From Malacoraja senta (Eukaryota): a stretch of DNA of 64,000 nt. The position numbers and the translations under genes are program-made. The notes below the pieces were generated by a model that saw nothing but the letters and a program-made list of their open reading frames with translations, was not told the origin of the DNA and made no database searches. Numbering within the stretch: position 1 is the first letter of the stretch; each line of letters begins with the position of its first letter. Location: positions 6,946,001 through 7,010,000 of the forward strand of contig CM075989.1 in NCBI GenBank assembly GCA_038087875.1, given 5' to 3'. Of the stretch, positions 26,041 to 38,619 are shown one piece after another.

Positions 26041-27277
26041 GTGTTGTTAGGCAGGGAATTCCAGGAACGTACCGACCCGAAACGTCACCTATCCATGTTC
26101 TCCAGAGATGCTGCCTGATCCTTTGAGTTATTCCAGCACTTTGTGTCTTTTCTGGTAAACCAGCATCTACATTCAGCATGATAAAACAGATTCCAGCATC
26201 AGCATCAATCAGAGTGGGAGCTCGGGGGAAACTTCCATTGATCTGGGTGCAAGTCTAATCAGTCAATCAGGCATGACCTCACTCATTGATGTCAGGTACA
26301 GCTTGTTTCTCACACTGTTGTCTGGAGGCAGGGTGGCAGAGAGAGCATCTTTACTTCCAGACGTTCACTATTGCAACGGCATATTATAACAACTTTACAT
26401 CTAGTCATGCAGCAGGGAAAGAGACCCTTCGGCCCATTGAGTCAATGCCACCCACCAGGCTCCCAACTCCACTAAATCCACTTTCTTTCTCCTCATGTCC
26501 TCATAAGCTATTCCCATCCCCAGCCCCCAGACCACTCACCTACACACCAGGGGCAATCTACCACGGCCAATTAACCCACCGACCCATACGTCTTTGGAAA
26601 GGCAGAGGAAATAGTATGGGCTGGAGGAAACCCACATAGGGGTTATGGGGAGAAGGCAGGTAAAGGGGTTAGGAGAGGGAGATGGATCAGCCTTAATTGA
26701 ATGGTGGAGTAGACTTGATGGGCCGAATTGCCTAATTCTGCTCCTATCAATTATGACCTTATGACGCATGGAGGACATGTAAACTCCACACAGACGGCAC
26801 TGGAGGTCAGGTTTAAATCTGCTAGTTGCGGTTTGCAGTGGGGAGGAGCATGGGTGCATCTCCTCCAAGACTTCAACACCTCACTGAGTTGGCATGAAGT
26901 GTGTATGGCTGAATTTCCATAGGTGGACCCATAAACCAAGAGGTGGGGACTGACCCTTCACAGGGCCAATCCGGATGTGTGCAGGGTGTGCGATTAACAA
27001 AGAGAGAGAACGTCAAAGTAAGGGGGTGCAACACTGAACAATGAAAACACTAGTGATGGTGTCCAATCTTCCCCCATCCCAGCCTGATGAGTATGTGTAC
27101 AGGACGACTTCTGTCAATACATGTTAACTAGCTATATGAAACCGTATTGCGTGTACAGATACCACAAGTATGTCCAGGCTCAGAAAGCACAGATGGTGGA
27201 GTGGATGCTTCAGGCTGTAAGGATAGTGGTTAGCAGCTGTGCATACACTATGGGTCCAGAACGTGGTGGAGAGGCCC

Positions 27278-27461
27278 TCACATCAGAACCTGCTCACGGG
27301 TCTCAGGAAGCCGAAGACCAAGCACGGCACCTCCCACTAATGCAACAGAAGCCAACAAGATGGGGACCACCTTAGTTATCTCCACGAAAGAGGCGAATAT
27401 CGATATGCCCAGGATCGCCGCAAACTTGGAGAGGCCGTTCAGGATTCCAAATGCAGTTGCC
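27278..27461 (-). CDS. SV2B: SV2B last coding exon: ATAFGILNGLSKFAAILGISIFASFVEITKVVPILLASVALVGGAVLGLRLPETREQVLM*
   Basis: tttccacAG acceptor; C-terminus ETREQVLM matches SV2B; TGA at 27278-27280. Confidence 0.97.
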
Positions 27462-28292
27462 CTGTGGAAAGAAATGGAAATTAAATTCCACCAACCCAAA
27501 GACAAATGTTCCATTTTCACAACCGTTGCGCTGTTTCTTGGTATCACAATGCTTTTCAGACCTTGATAGAATTACAGGCATTAGAATTGTAGCCATTCAT
27601 ATGAGAACGCCATTAAAGTAAGAATTTCATTCTTCCGTTTCGGCAATTGGGTCGGTACAATTTGGGGCGGCATGGTGGCGCAGCGGTAGAGTTTCTGTCT
27701 TCCATGAGTGCATCATGCTTCACGGTCCGGTATAGCATGCCTGGATACATAAAGAATGTATTGCACCTTTAGAAAGGAGATGAGGAGGAATCTCTGGTCA
27801 GAACCCCATCCATCTCACCCGACTATGTCCCATGAGTACATTGCCACCAATCATTGGTATGTTCTCAGTTCACAGGTCCTTCCAACTTTACAAAGAACTG
27901 CCAACACCAAGCCATTGATCAAAATTGGCGGAGATGTCTTTTCTATGTTAAGGTAATGTCAGGGTCTCTTTGCATTGTGTAAATTCCATCACTTCCAGCA
28001 TGGGGACACCATGGTTTATCCCAGGTTGGTTGTGAAGACCATAATTTGCAGTCTCTTGCTCTGTCATTAAGCAATTAAAATGGACAGAGACCCGGGTTTG
28101 ATCCTGACTATTCAGCCCAAGTCCCTATTGACCATTCATACTAGCTCTATGATATCCCTCTTTCGCATCCATTCGCTGTACACTAGGGGGTATTTGCAGA
28201 AGCCAATTAACCTAAAAGGCCCGCACATCTTTATGATGTGCGAGGAAACCAGTGCACCCGGGGGAAACCTACAGTGGTCACAGGGAGAATGT

Positions 28293-28992
28293 TTATATCA
28301 ACGGGTTGATGGTGGAAAAGGTCAAGAACTTCAAATTCCTGGGCGTGCATATTTCCGAAGATCTCTCCTGGTCCCAGAACACTGATGCAATCATAAAGAA
28401 AGCACATCAGCGCCTCTACTTCCTGAGAATATTACGGAGAGTCGGTACGTCAAGGAGGACTCTCTCGAACTTCTACAGGTGCACAGTAGAGGGCATGCTG
28501 ACCGGTTGCATCGTGGCTTGGTTCGGCAACTTGAGCTTCCAGCAGCGGAAAAGAATGCAGAAAGTTGTGACCACTGCCCCAGTCCATCATCGGTTCTGAC
28601 CTCCCTACCATCGAGGGGATCTATCGCAGTTGCTGCCTCAAAAAGGCTGCCAGCATCATCAAGGACCCACACCATCCTGGCCACACACTCGTCTCTCCGC
28701 TGCCATCAGGTAGAAGGTACAGGAGCCTGAAATCTGCAACATCCAGATTCAGGAACAGCCTCTTCCCCACAGCCATCAGGCTATTAAACTCAACTTCAAA
28801 CAAACTCTGAACTATAACAGCCTATTGCATTTTATCTGTGTGTGTATATATATATTTATTATGGTATATGGACACACTGATCTGATCTGTATTTATGACT
28901 ACAATATCCTGTTGTGCTGCAGCAAAGCAAGAATTTAATTGTCCTATCTGGGACACATGACAATAAACTCTCTTGACTCTTGACTCTTGACT
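28293..28992 (+). mobile_element. Rex1/Babar-like LINE 3' fragment inserted in a SINE
   Basis: KFLGVHISEDLSWSQNTDAIIKKAHQRLYFLR; (TCTTGAC)n tail; same family as 710-1504. Confidence 0.82.
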
Positions 28993-29287
28993 CAAACTCT
29001 ACTTGGACATCACCCGTGGTTAGGATCAAGCCCGGGTGTCTGGTGCTGTGAGGCTGCAGCTCTACCATAGTCCAAAGTATAACAAATATTCTCAAATATC
29101 AAATATACTGAGTATTAAACAAGTATGATACAATCCTTGTCACCGTGACTCGCAGATGGCCAGCTTGGCCATGCATCCTTCTCCTTAATGAGAACACAAG
29201 TGACTCCAAGATCTGCCTTGGTTACACCATGATGTCCTGGATAGGCCAAGCTGCTGCTGGACAGGTCAGAAGGGAGAGCGGACCCAC

Positions 29288-29447
29288 CTTTTATTTGTAG
29301 AGTACAGCTCCACGGTGATCACGTCCAGTGCATTCCACGCTGCTATACTGACCCCACAGAACAGACACTGCATTCCGATCATGGCCGACTCACTGTTCCC
29401 AAAAAACAGGAAGAAGCAGGTAATGGCCGACAGCAACATTGATCCTC
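29288..29447 (-). CDS. SV2B: SV2B exon: GSMLLSAITCFFLFFGNSESAMIGMQCLFCGVSIAAWNALDVITVELYSTNKR
   Basis: 160 bp; ctcctAG and GTggg; GNSESAMIG and AAWNALDVITVELY match SV2B. Confidence 0.96.
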
Positions 29448-29514
29448 CTAGGAGAGCAAATTAGAACAACAGACAGTTGCCACGTAAGTGATAATACAGA
29501 TTACATGGAACGTG

Positions 29515-29868
29515 GGCAGCACGGTGACGCAGCGGTAAAGTTGCTGCCTTACAGGGCCAGAGACCCAGGTTTGATCCTGACTAGGGATGCTGTATACACA
29601 GAGTTTGTATGTTCTCCCAATGACCTGCGTGAGTTTTCTCCGGGAGCTCTGGTCTCCTCCCACACTCCAAAAATGTACAGGTTTGCAGGCAAATGTTCTT
29701 AGTAAAATTATAAATTGTCCCTAGTGTGTGTAGGATAGTGTTAGTATGCAGGGATCGCTGGTTGGCGCGGAATCAGTGGGCCGAAGGGCCTGTTTCTGTG
29801 CTGTTATCTCTAAACTAAACTGAACTGAACTGAACTAAACTAAACTAAACTAACTAAACTAAGACTAA
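29515..29868 (+). mobile_element. tRNA-derived SINE in an SV2B intron
   Basis: A and B boxes, (CTAAA)n tail. Confidence 0.88.
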
Positions 29869-29935
29869 CGTTCCTTCCACTATGACAAAAGAGCCACATC
29901 AACTTCCTTGAAAACGATAATCAACAACTACTCAC

Positions 29936-30142
29936 CAATCATCTTAATCCTTCCGATCTTGTCCATGAACAGGGCAGATACAATGTTCCCGGGCAACACG
30001 GCCAGCGAGCCCAGGAAACTGACCAAGTATGTGAGGAAGGCTGTTTCAGCGTCGTCGGCAAAGTCAATCTGACATCCTTCCTTGCTGTGGAGGAACGTGC
30101 TGTTTACAAATCTGCTGTGGGAAAACCTGGTCTTGAACAGAT
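29936..30142 (-). CDS. SV2B: SV2B exon: DLFKTRFSHSRFVNSTFLHSKEGCQIDFADDAETAFLTYLVSFLGSLAVLPGNIVSALFMDKIGRIKMIG
   Basis: 207 bp; ttccAG and GTgag; sequon NST; second MFS motif DKIGR. Confidence 0.96.
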
Positions 30143-30906
30143 CTGGAACATAAACCAGAGTTAATGTTGTTTGAGGGGAGGAAGGAACTGCAGATGCTGG
30201 TTTAAATCGAAGAAAGACACAAAATGCTGGAGTAACTCGGGTTGTTTCGGGTTGAGACCCTGAAATGTCACCCATTCCTTCTCTCCAGAGATGCTGCCTG
30301 TCCCTCTGAGTGACTCTAGCATTTTGTGTCTATCTTCGATTTAATGTCGTTTGATGAGATCAAGCTTGAAAGGGTTCAGAGAAGATTTACCAGGATGTTG
30401 CCAGGACTCGAGGGGCTGAGCTGTGGGGAGAGGTTGAGCAGGCTAGGGCTTTATTCCTTGGAGTGCAGGAGGATGAGGGGTGATCCTATAGAGGTGTCGA
30501 AGATCTCGAAAGGGATTTGGTAAATGCACCGTCTTTCACCCAGGTAGGGGAATCAAGAACCAGGAATGCACTAAACCATGTACCATCACCAGACTGAGGA
30601 ATAGCATCTTCCCCTTCTGTTGCCAGACTATGGAATGGTCATTCCATTAGCTGAGGTACTGTTCTGCTTTTCCAATCGACCTCATTGCGGACAGTTCTGT
30701 CGAACTGTGAGGCTACAATGCTGAGAACTATATTCCGCACTCTGATATCCTTCTCTCCACTCTACCTTTTGTACTTGCATTTGGCTTCAATGTATTCAAG
30801 TATGGGATGATCTGATTAGATTGGACAGCATGCAAACAAAAGTTATGTGCATGAGAATTATAAACTTAAACCTAATCTAATAAACTTAAACCTAACATAA
30901 TCTAAG

Positions 30907-31257
30907 GGCGGCACGGTGGCACAGTGCTGGAGTTGCTGCCTTCCTGCGCTTGCCTGTGACCTGGAGACCTGGGTTCGATCCTGGAGACCTGTCAAAGGAG
31001 ACCTGGGTTCCAGCCCGACTACGGGTGTTGTCTATACGGAGTTTGTACGTTCTCCCCATGACCACGTGCGTTTTCTCCGTGATCTTAGGTTTCCTCCCAC
31101 ACTCCAAAGACATATAGGTTTGTAGCTTAATTGGCTAGGTATAACTGTAAATTGTCCTTAGTGTGTGTTGGATAGTGTTAATGTGCGGGGATTGCTGGTC
31201 GGTTCGGACTTGGTGGGCCGAAGGGCCTGTTTCCACGCTATATCTCTAAACTAAACT
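30907..31257 (+). mobile_element. tRNA-derived SINE with a duplicated B-box region
   Basis: GGAGACCTG repeated three times around the B box; tail. Confidence 0.85.
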
Positions 31258-31599
31258 GATCTCTCCATATTTTCCAACTTTCCTAATCCCAGTTGGGTCA
31301 GTATCCAATGTGAACCCCTGGGATATTGAAGTAGACCAAATTCAAACATCAATCAGAAGTAAGCAATTTTTTAAAGAACTCTTTGGGAAAGCCATAGACA
31401 AGCCAATAAAATTACAATCATGTTAACCCTCTGCCAAAACATTAATTGCAGTTTGTTATATAGAGATGTAATCAAATTTGACTGGGAAATTATTAAATTG
31501 CAGCCATTTTTTATTATATCAAATCTTATGCTGTGTTAATGCTTCTATAATAAAATCATTCAGACATCACTTAGTAAATGGCTTTTGGTGATACTGTTA

Positions 31600-31991
31600 A
31601 GGGCCTGTCCCACTTTCCCGAGTTATTCACGAATTCTCCTGAGTTATTCACGAATTCTCCCGAGTTTTCAAACTCGCAGAATGTTCGTAACGAGTCCATA
31701 GGAGTCCGTGGATATATCGTAACGGCTAGTTATGCCGGCCGTAGGTACTCGGGGCTATTTTTTCACTCGTGGACATTTTTCATCAGGCTGGAAAAAATGT
31801 CCCGACTTACCTGATGCCCTGAGTACCTAGGGCTGGCATAACGAGCCGCTACGATATATCCACGGACTCCTACGGCCTCCTACGGCCTCCTACGGACTCA
31901 TTACGAACATTCTGCGAGTTTGAAAACTCGGGGGAATTTGTGAATAACTCAGGAGAATTCGTGAATAACTCGGGAAAGTGGGACAGGCCCT
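31600..31991. mobile_element. PIF/Harbinger-type MITE, near-complete fold-back (392 bp)
   Basis: About 155-bp inverted arms starting AGGGCCTGTCCCACT; TTA TSD. Confidence 0.9.
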
Positions 31992-32957
31992 TTAGACAAT
32001 CAAGCAAACTTCTCTTCCCACTATGTGATTGCTGGCGTTAACCTGCCCAGTATCGAAGCTGGACAGAGGAAAGTGTAAAGAGTATTATAAGTTGTAAAAG
32101 ATGAACTGTCCCCAACCTTGGACCATCCTGAAGAATGGGGTCTGCGATGCAGGGAATCGAGGGTGAGAGGGGAGGGGTGGGTGTTTGGGAGAAGGTGTGG
32201 AGGAAGCAAGGAGACTGAGCCGTAGCATCTGTTCCTGCGCCCAGCTATGTGGGCATGGATGCTTGTGTGTTAATGTCCATGTAGCAAAGCTGGTCTCTGG
32301 ATATGTTGGTTCCTCCTGCCACTGGATCAAGATCTTGCTCGGGCAAGTCCATGTGGTAGCTGGGGTGCAATTGCTATCACATATTAAATTAATGGGTAAC
32401 CTCAAAGGCTGAATCTTAGAATGGAGATGAGGAGGATTTTGTTGAGAGGAATAGATCAGGTACAAGCACAAGCAACCCTCTTGCCCAGAGTAGGGGAATC
32501 GAGGACCAGAGAACATAGATTTAAGGTGGAAGAAAGATTTAATAGGAACATGAGGGGTAACTTTTTCACAAAAAGGGTGGTGGATGTCTGGAACGAACTG
32601 CCAGAGGAGGTAGTTGAAACAGGGACTATTGCAATGTTTAAGAAACAATTCGACAGGTACATTGATAGGACAGGTTTAGAGGGATATGGGCCAAATGCAG
32701 GCAGGTGGGACTGGGATAGATGGAACATATTGGTTGGTGTTGGCAAGGTGGGCCAAAAGGCCTGTTTCCACACTCTATGACTTTTTAGCTAGAGGGTGGT
32801 GAATCTGTGTAATTCATTGCCACAGATGGCTGTGGAGGCCGAGACACTGTGTATTCTAGAACATCAAGTTCCTCATGGACCCACATATCTTGCGGCAGTT
32901 GCAAGATACGATCAGCCAGATATCCTTCCTACACCGTGCTCCAATGCAGATGCTGAC

Positions 32958-33091
32958 CTGTGTTATAGAAGACTGTGCTCACAAAGGTACAATTCTTGAA
33001 GTGAGTGTTGGTCGATGAAATGTCTTCAAAGTAGCAATCCTCAAACAGGGAGTCCTCAAAGGTAATAGATTTAAATTTGATCGCAATGAAT
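32958..33091 (-). CDS. SV2B: SV2B exon, luminal pentapeptide repeats: FIAIKFKSITFEDSLFEDCYFEDISSTNTHFKNCTFVSTVFYNT
   Basis: 134 bp; ctacAG and GTcag; Phe every fifth residue; sequon NCT. Confidence 0.96.
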
Positions 33092-33644
33092 CTGTAGAGA
33101 AAGAAGTCGGCAATTAAGATCACTTTCAATTTTTTTTGACTGCCTTTAAATGCTACCGAATAGAGGAACAGCAGAAGGAATCACACTGGTGGCTTGGCAG
33201 CTGAATATAGTCCTGACTGATGAGCAGTTGATCAGCATTACGTGCTGCTGTAGTGTGCCCTTGCAGTGAGATCTCACCATGTGATCTTTACAATGAGTTT
33301 GCAGAGTGACTTTGCAATATCACATAGCAAGGAAACCCACAAATGGATTCTGATACGACAAGTAGAACTATACATGCATTGAGGACAATTTATAACGAAG
33401 TTAATCCTCTGATATGCTGCACACAAGACAGTAAACAGCCTGAATTATCAGTCTGAAGAAGGGTTTCGGCCCAAAACGTTGCCTATTTCCTTCGCTCCAT
33501 AGATGCTGCTGCACCCTACTTCGTTGTCTCTGTACTGTACACTGCACAATGACAATAAAGTTGAATCTGAATCGGACCCGCTGAATTTCTCCAGCATTTT
33601 TGTGTACCAGCCTGAAATATATGACGTGTAAATAGACTTGAGAT

Positions 33645-33942
33645 TTTACTATAGACTTTAGAAACACAGGACCTTCAGCCCACCGAGTCCACGTCGACCA
33701 GCGAATATTAATACCATCCGACACACTAGGAACAATTTTACAATTTTTCAAAGCCAATTTTTCAAAGCCAATTTTTCAAAACCTGCACCTCTTTGGAGTT
33801 TGGGAGGAAACTGGAGCACCCAGAGAAAATCCACGAGGTCACAGGGAGAAGGTAGTAACTCCGTACAGATAGCACCCATAGTCAGGATCGAACCCGGGTC
33901 TCTGGAGCTGTAAGGCAGCAACTCTACCGCTGCGCCACCGTG
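33645..33942 (-). mobile_element. tRNA-derived SINE, full length
   Basis: A and B boxes, tail. Confidence 0.88.
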
Positions 33943-34023
33943 CGTAGTGAGCCTGATTGTTTTTATGAGCAGGTTTTGATACGTCTCACAATGTTGAGCT
34001 CGCCACTGATTGAGTGGGCTTAC

Positions 34024-34188
34024 CTGACATTGATGTACTCTCCCTCTGTGTGAAACTGGTTCTCCAGTGTGAAGTTGAATGTGAAGTGCTCAACCCGCTC
34101 CTGGTGAAACGTCTTCATTCTCGATTCATAGTCTTCGTTTTGAAAGTATCTGATCATGTCGGGGAACCACACAGTCAGTCCGTAGTAG
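34024..34188 (-). CDS. SV2B: SV2B exon, start of luminal domain: YYGLTVWFPDMIRYFQNEDYESRMKTFHQERVEHFTFNFTLENQFHTEGEYINVR
   Basis: 165 bp; cgcAG and GTaag; N-glycosylation sequon NFT. Confidence 0.96.
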
Positions 34189-34391
34189 CTGCGGAGCCCA
34201 AAATAAATATGGTTCAACATGCAGTTAAATGCATTTCATAGTCACCTGGCCCTCTCGCATGTGGCCCCATCAGTCATCCACTAATGGAAAAGGAACTCGA
34301 GAAATGAGAATTTTAAAGTTAAGCAGTTCTAATAGGAACTACAGAATCTAATTAGCTCCCTCGAGATTTGTCAAACATAACCAGCCTAGAA

Positions 34392-34620
34392 GATAGACAT
34401 AAAAAGCTGGAGTAACTTAGCGGGTCAGTCAGATTCTCTCGGGGAAAGTAATAGGTGATGTTTCGGGTCAAGACCCATCTTCAAACACCTTCTTCTGAAG
34501 GAGGGTCTCGACCCGAAACGACCCCTATTCCTTTCTTCCAGAGATGCTGTCTGACCAGCTGAGTTACTCCAGCTTTTTGTGTCTATCTTCAGCTTAAACA
34601 AGCATCAGCAGTTCCTTCTT
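34392..34620. mobile_element. Fold-back PLE-derived element
   Basis: Inverted arms; flanking AAACATA(A/G)CCAGCCT(A/G)GAA duplication. Confidence 0.75.
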
Positions 34621-35339
34621 AAACATAGCCAGCCTGGAATCATTATTAATTCTACATATTGGTTAACTTGTTTTATTGATGTCAACGTTGTGTACCAAAA
34701 GATGCTTAAGTTCAAAAGCAGGGATTACCTGAAAGAAAGGGGTAGTGAGTTGGTGATGAACCCTAGTTTCTTTTGAGATAGTAGAAACCAATTGGCCCTT
34801 CGAGTCTATGCTGGCTAACAAAACAATCCCATTCCTTCAGTAATCTTCTCTGTAATCTATTCTCCCACCAACCAAAGGTAGACAAAAATGCCGGAGAAAC
34901 TCAGCGGGTGAGGCAGCATCTAGAAGAAGGGTCTCGACCCGAAACGTCACCTATTTCCTTCGCTCCATAGATGCTGCCTCACCCGCTGAGTTTCTCCACC
35001 ATTTTTGTCTACCTTTGATTTTTCTAGCATCTGCAGTTCTTTCTTAAACTACCAACCAACAACCAACATCCACCAATGATTGGGATAATTTCATATTGGT
35101 TTACTTAATATACCAACCCATACATATTTGGGATGCGGGAGGAATCTGGAGCATTCAGAGGACCCTCACACAGTCACAGGGAGACTGCTGCAGGTCGGGA
35201 TTGAACCCAGATCATTGATGGTGTGAGAGAGCATCTTGGCTAGCTGTGCAATCTCCAAATGTGTGATCATTGGGTTTCTTGACTCAAGCACTCCCCTATC
35301 ATCTATACTGTGGTGAATTCTTCTCCAAATGTTCATTAA

Positions 35340-35830
35340 TATTAAAGAGAATTGTGGACACAGCCCACACCATCACTTAAACCAACCTCTCTTCCATTGA
35401 CTCCATTTACACCTCACGCTGCCTCGGCAAGGCCAGCAGCATAATCAAGGACGAGTCGCATCCTGGCCACTCCCTCTTCTCCCCTCTCCTTATCAGGTAA
35501 GAGGTACAGAAATGTGAAAACACACACCGCCATGTTCAGGGACAGTTTCTTCCCAGCTGCTCAGACAACTGGACCATCCTACCAACAACGAGAGAGCGGT
35601 CCTGAGCTACTATCTACCTCATTGGAGACCCTCGGACTATCTGTGATCAGATTTTACTGGACTTTATCTTGCACTAAACGCTATTCACATTATTCCCTTT
35701 ATTGTTGCATCTGTACACTGCGGACGGATTGATTGTAATCATGTATTGTCTTTCGCTGACAGGTTAGCATGCAACAAAAGCTTTTCATTGTACCTCGGTA
35801 CACACATGACAATGAACTAAACTAAACTAA
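35340..35830 (+). mobile_element. Rex1-like LINE 3' end
   Basis: KASSIIKDESHPGHSLF...FRDSFFP; (CTAAA)n tail. Confidence 0.7.
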
Positions 35831-36690
35831 TTATGGTGGGGAGTTTTCAACACTACCTGGAAGGAGGTTGAAGCCGTGAATTGAGCCATCCAGCTGCGAT
35901 GGTCAAGTCTACCAATCATGAGCTGGAATGTGAGAGTATCAGATACAGTTTCCATTTCTGGCTGCTGTGGGCAGCTTTGACCCAAATGGCCGGCTTCTAC
36001 TCCAAATGTTTCCGAGCAGCGCAGTGGTGCAGCTAGCAGAGCAGCTGCCTCACAGTGGAGGAGACATGGCCTCCTGACCTCGGATGCTGTGTGTGTGAAG
36101 TTTACGTGTTCCCCCTGTGGAGCCATCTCTTTGAACACCAACGTCCTCCAAAAACCCACACGGTCATGGAAAGAACGTACAGACAGCACCCGTAGTTGGG
36201 ATTGAACCTGGGTCTCTGGCGCTGCAAGGGCTGTAAGGCAGCAACTCTCCCACTACGCCACCGTGCCGCCCTGTTAGCAGTCTCTTTTGGCAGTTGCCAA
36301 GACCAAATTAGAAAGGGGCAGTTTTGCCCATGAGGGAGTGTATCCTTTGGTGATTGAAACCAGCAAAGCAACAGAAATCACAGGGTTAATTGTGCAACTG
36401 CATCTGAAACCCAGACCTGTTGAAATTAATAGCATCAGATTCAAGTGTGCGCTCAGTCTCATTTCTGCAACATTTTAATTGAAAAGATTCTTTAGAGCTT
36501 TGGAATTTGAATGGATGGTTAATTCACAAATCTTTCTTTATTATGCAATCCGCCCCACTGATTCTGATATTAACCAATGCCTTTTATTATGAACTTTTAG
36601 AATTTGACGACTTGAATATTTTATGTGGACATTGTGCAATTTTCTTTCCTGCGCAGAATACGATCATAGCATCAGAGAAATTTATAGAAG

Positions 36691-37560
36691 ACTAGACCGT
36701 TGGGTCTGCTCCTCCAATGCATCCGTTCCCTACCCGTAGCCCCCAATTGCACTTGCCCTGCGTGTTGCAATAGTAATACGCCCTCCCCTTCCTGTGAGGT
36801 GAAAAGTTCAGTGTTCCTGTGTCGCAACATTGGATCGAAGTGTGTTGGAAGCTGGCAGGAATGATTTTAACAGTAAAAATCTTGTGAAAGTTGGCATTTT
36901 TAAAGCATTAATCGCGAATAACGTCAAATATAGGATGAAATCTTCAGTGAAGCTGATCACTGCTAACCGAGCCATTCTGACATCATCAGTTGAGACTGGT
37001 CATTTAAAATTCAAAGTATTTTAATTTTTTTAAACTTTAATCAGTAATGTCGAGAAATAAAGCATAAAATTATCAGTGAAGGTGATCTCTGCCCAGAAGG
37101 GAAAAATGTGAATCAGAATATTTAAAAATCTTGTGAAAGTTGGCATTTTTAAAGCTTTAACCACGAATAACGTGAGATATAGGATGAAATCTTCAGTGAA
37201 GCTGATCACTGCAGGCCGAGGCATTGTGATGTCATCAGTGAAAGCTGGTCATTTTAAACTCAAAGTCTTTTGATGTTTTTAAACTTCTTACTTACTTTTA
37301 ATCAGCAATAAGTCGAGAAATAAAGCATAAAATGTTCAGTGAAGGTGAGGGGTACAATCTCAATCAGAATATGTAAAAATGTAATCGTTACCGCATGGTG
37401 TTTTTGCGAAGATGTAAAAACAACCACATATACACACACATATACACACATACAAGCTCAGACTTTTAATAAGTACTAGACCAAGTGCAGACCCCCGAAT
37501 GCACTCGTTCCCTACCCGTAGCCCCCACGGGAGGCGTGTCCAACTCAAGCCGTTCCCGAA
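36691..37560 (+). repeat. ACTAGACC-headed interspersed element with two internal units of about 250 bp
   Basis: Units at 36875-37122 and 37123-37380; the head motif repeats at 36691 and 37475. Confidence 0.6.
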
Positions 37561-38097
37561 TGTGGTATATCTGAGTGCTTTTTGTAAACTGTGTTTAATG
37601 GGGCAATTGAGACATCAGAGTTCCAATTCCCACCACTCCCTGAATAACACAAATATTTCCTCAAAGCTGCTTTAATCCTACCATGTTGTCTCCACGTTCT
37701 TTGTCTGTTTTGATGCATGTTACAGGTTCTTTCTATCCATCTTATATCATGATTTCAAAACCATTCACATTCTAACCATAAACTGAGAGACAACATTCTC
37801 CTGGATATCCTATTGGATCTCCTGGTGACCAATGCATATTTATGGTCTCTTAGTTCTCGTCTCAAATGGAAACATTTTCCAGAGGTCTTCCTATCAAAGC
37901 CTTTCATAGCCTTGTAGACTTCTGTTAGGTCACCCATCAGTCTATTTTTCCTATTTTGGTTGATGGGGTAAATGGGAGTAGACTCATGGTGTGGAATCGT
38001 TCTTCCAGTCCTTGATGCAAACATTAATTGACTCAATGAGTAAAAACTTCACCAAGAGAGAAAGCTAAATAACTTCTCACAGTAAATATTTAATCTT

Positions 38098-38508
38098 TAG
38101 TCTTTACTTTAGACTTTAGAGATTCAGCAAGGAATCATGCCCTGCAGAGCACCAAGGCCATGTCGACCAGCGATCCTTGTACACTAACACCATCCTATGC
38201 ACTCGGGGCAATTTACAATTTTTTTACTAAAGTGCTATTAACCTACAAACCCACACTGACCAATGATCCCTGCACATTAACACTACCCTACACACACTAG
38301 GGGCTATTTTTACATTTGCACCAAACCAATTAACCTACAAACCTGTACGTCTTAGGAGTGTGGGAGAAAACCGAAGCACCCGGAGAAAATCCACGCGGTC
38401 ACATGGAGAGCATATGAACTTTGTACAGACAGCACCCTTAGTCAGGATCGAACCCGGGTCTCTGGCACTGTAAGGCAGCAACTCTACCGCTGCGCCACCG
38501 TGCCGCCG
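38098..38508 (-). mobile_element. tRNA-derived SINE with an internal duplication, ending about 20 bp from an SV2B donor
   Basis: A and B boxes, tail. Confidence 0.85.
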
Positions 38509-38530
38509 CTAGGCTCGGATTAACACTAAC

Positions 38531-38619
38531 CTGAAGGACAAGGTAAACCAAACCACTGCCAAGAATAGAGTTGTCATCCGGTATTTGGGTAAAAAGCAAA
38601 TCAACATGTTCTGCCAGAC
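38531..38619 (-). CDS. SV2B: SV2B exon: VWQNMLICFLPKYRMTTLFLAVVWFTLSFS
   Basis: 89 bp; tttgcAG and GTtagt; TM7; phases match both neighbours. Confidence 0.93.
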
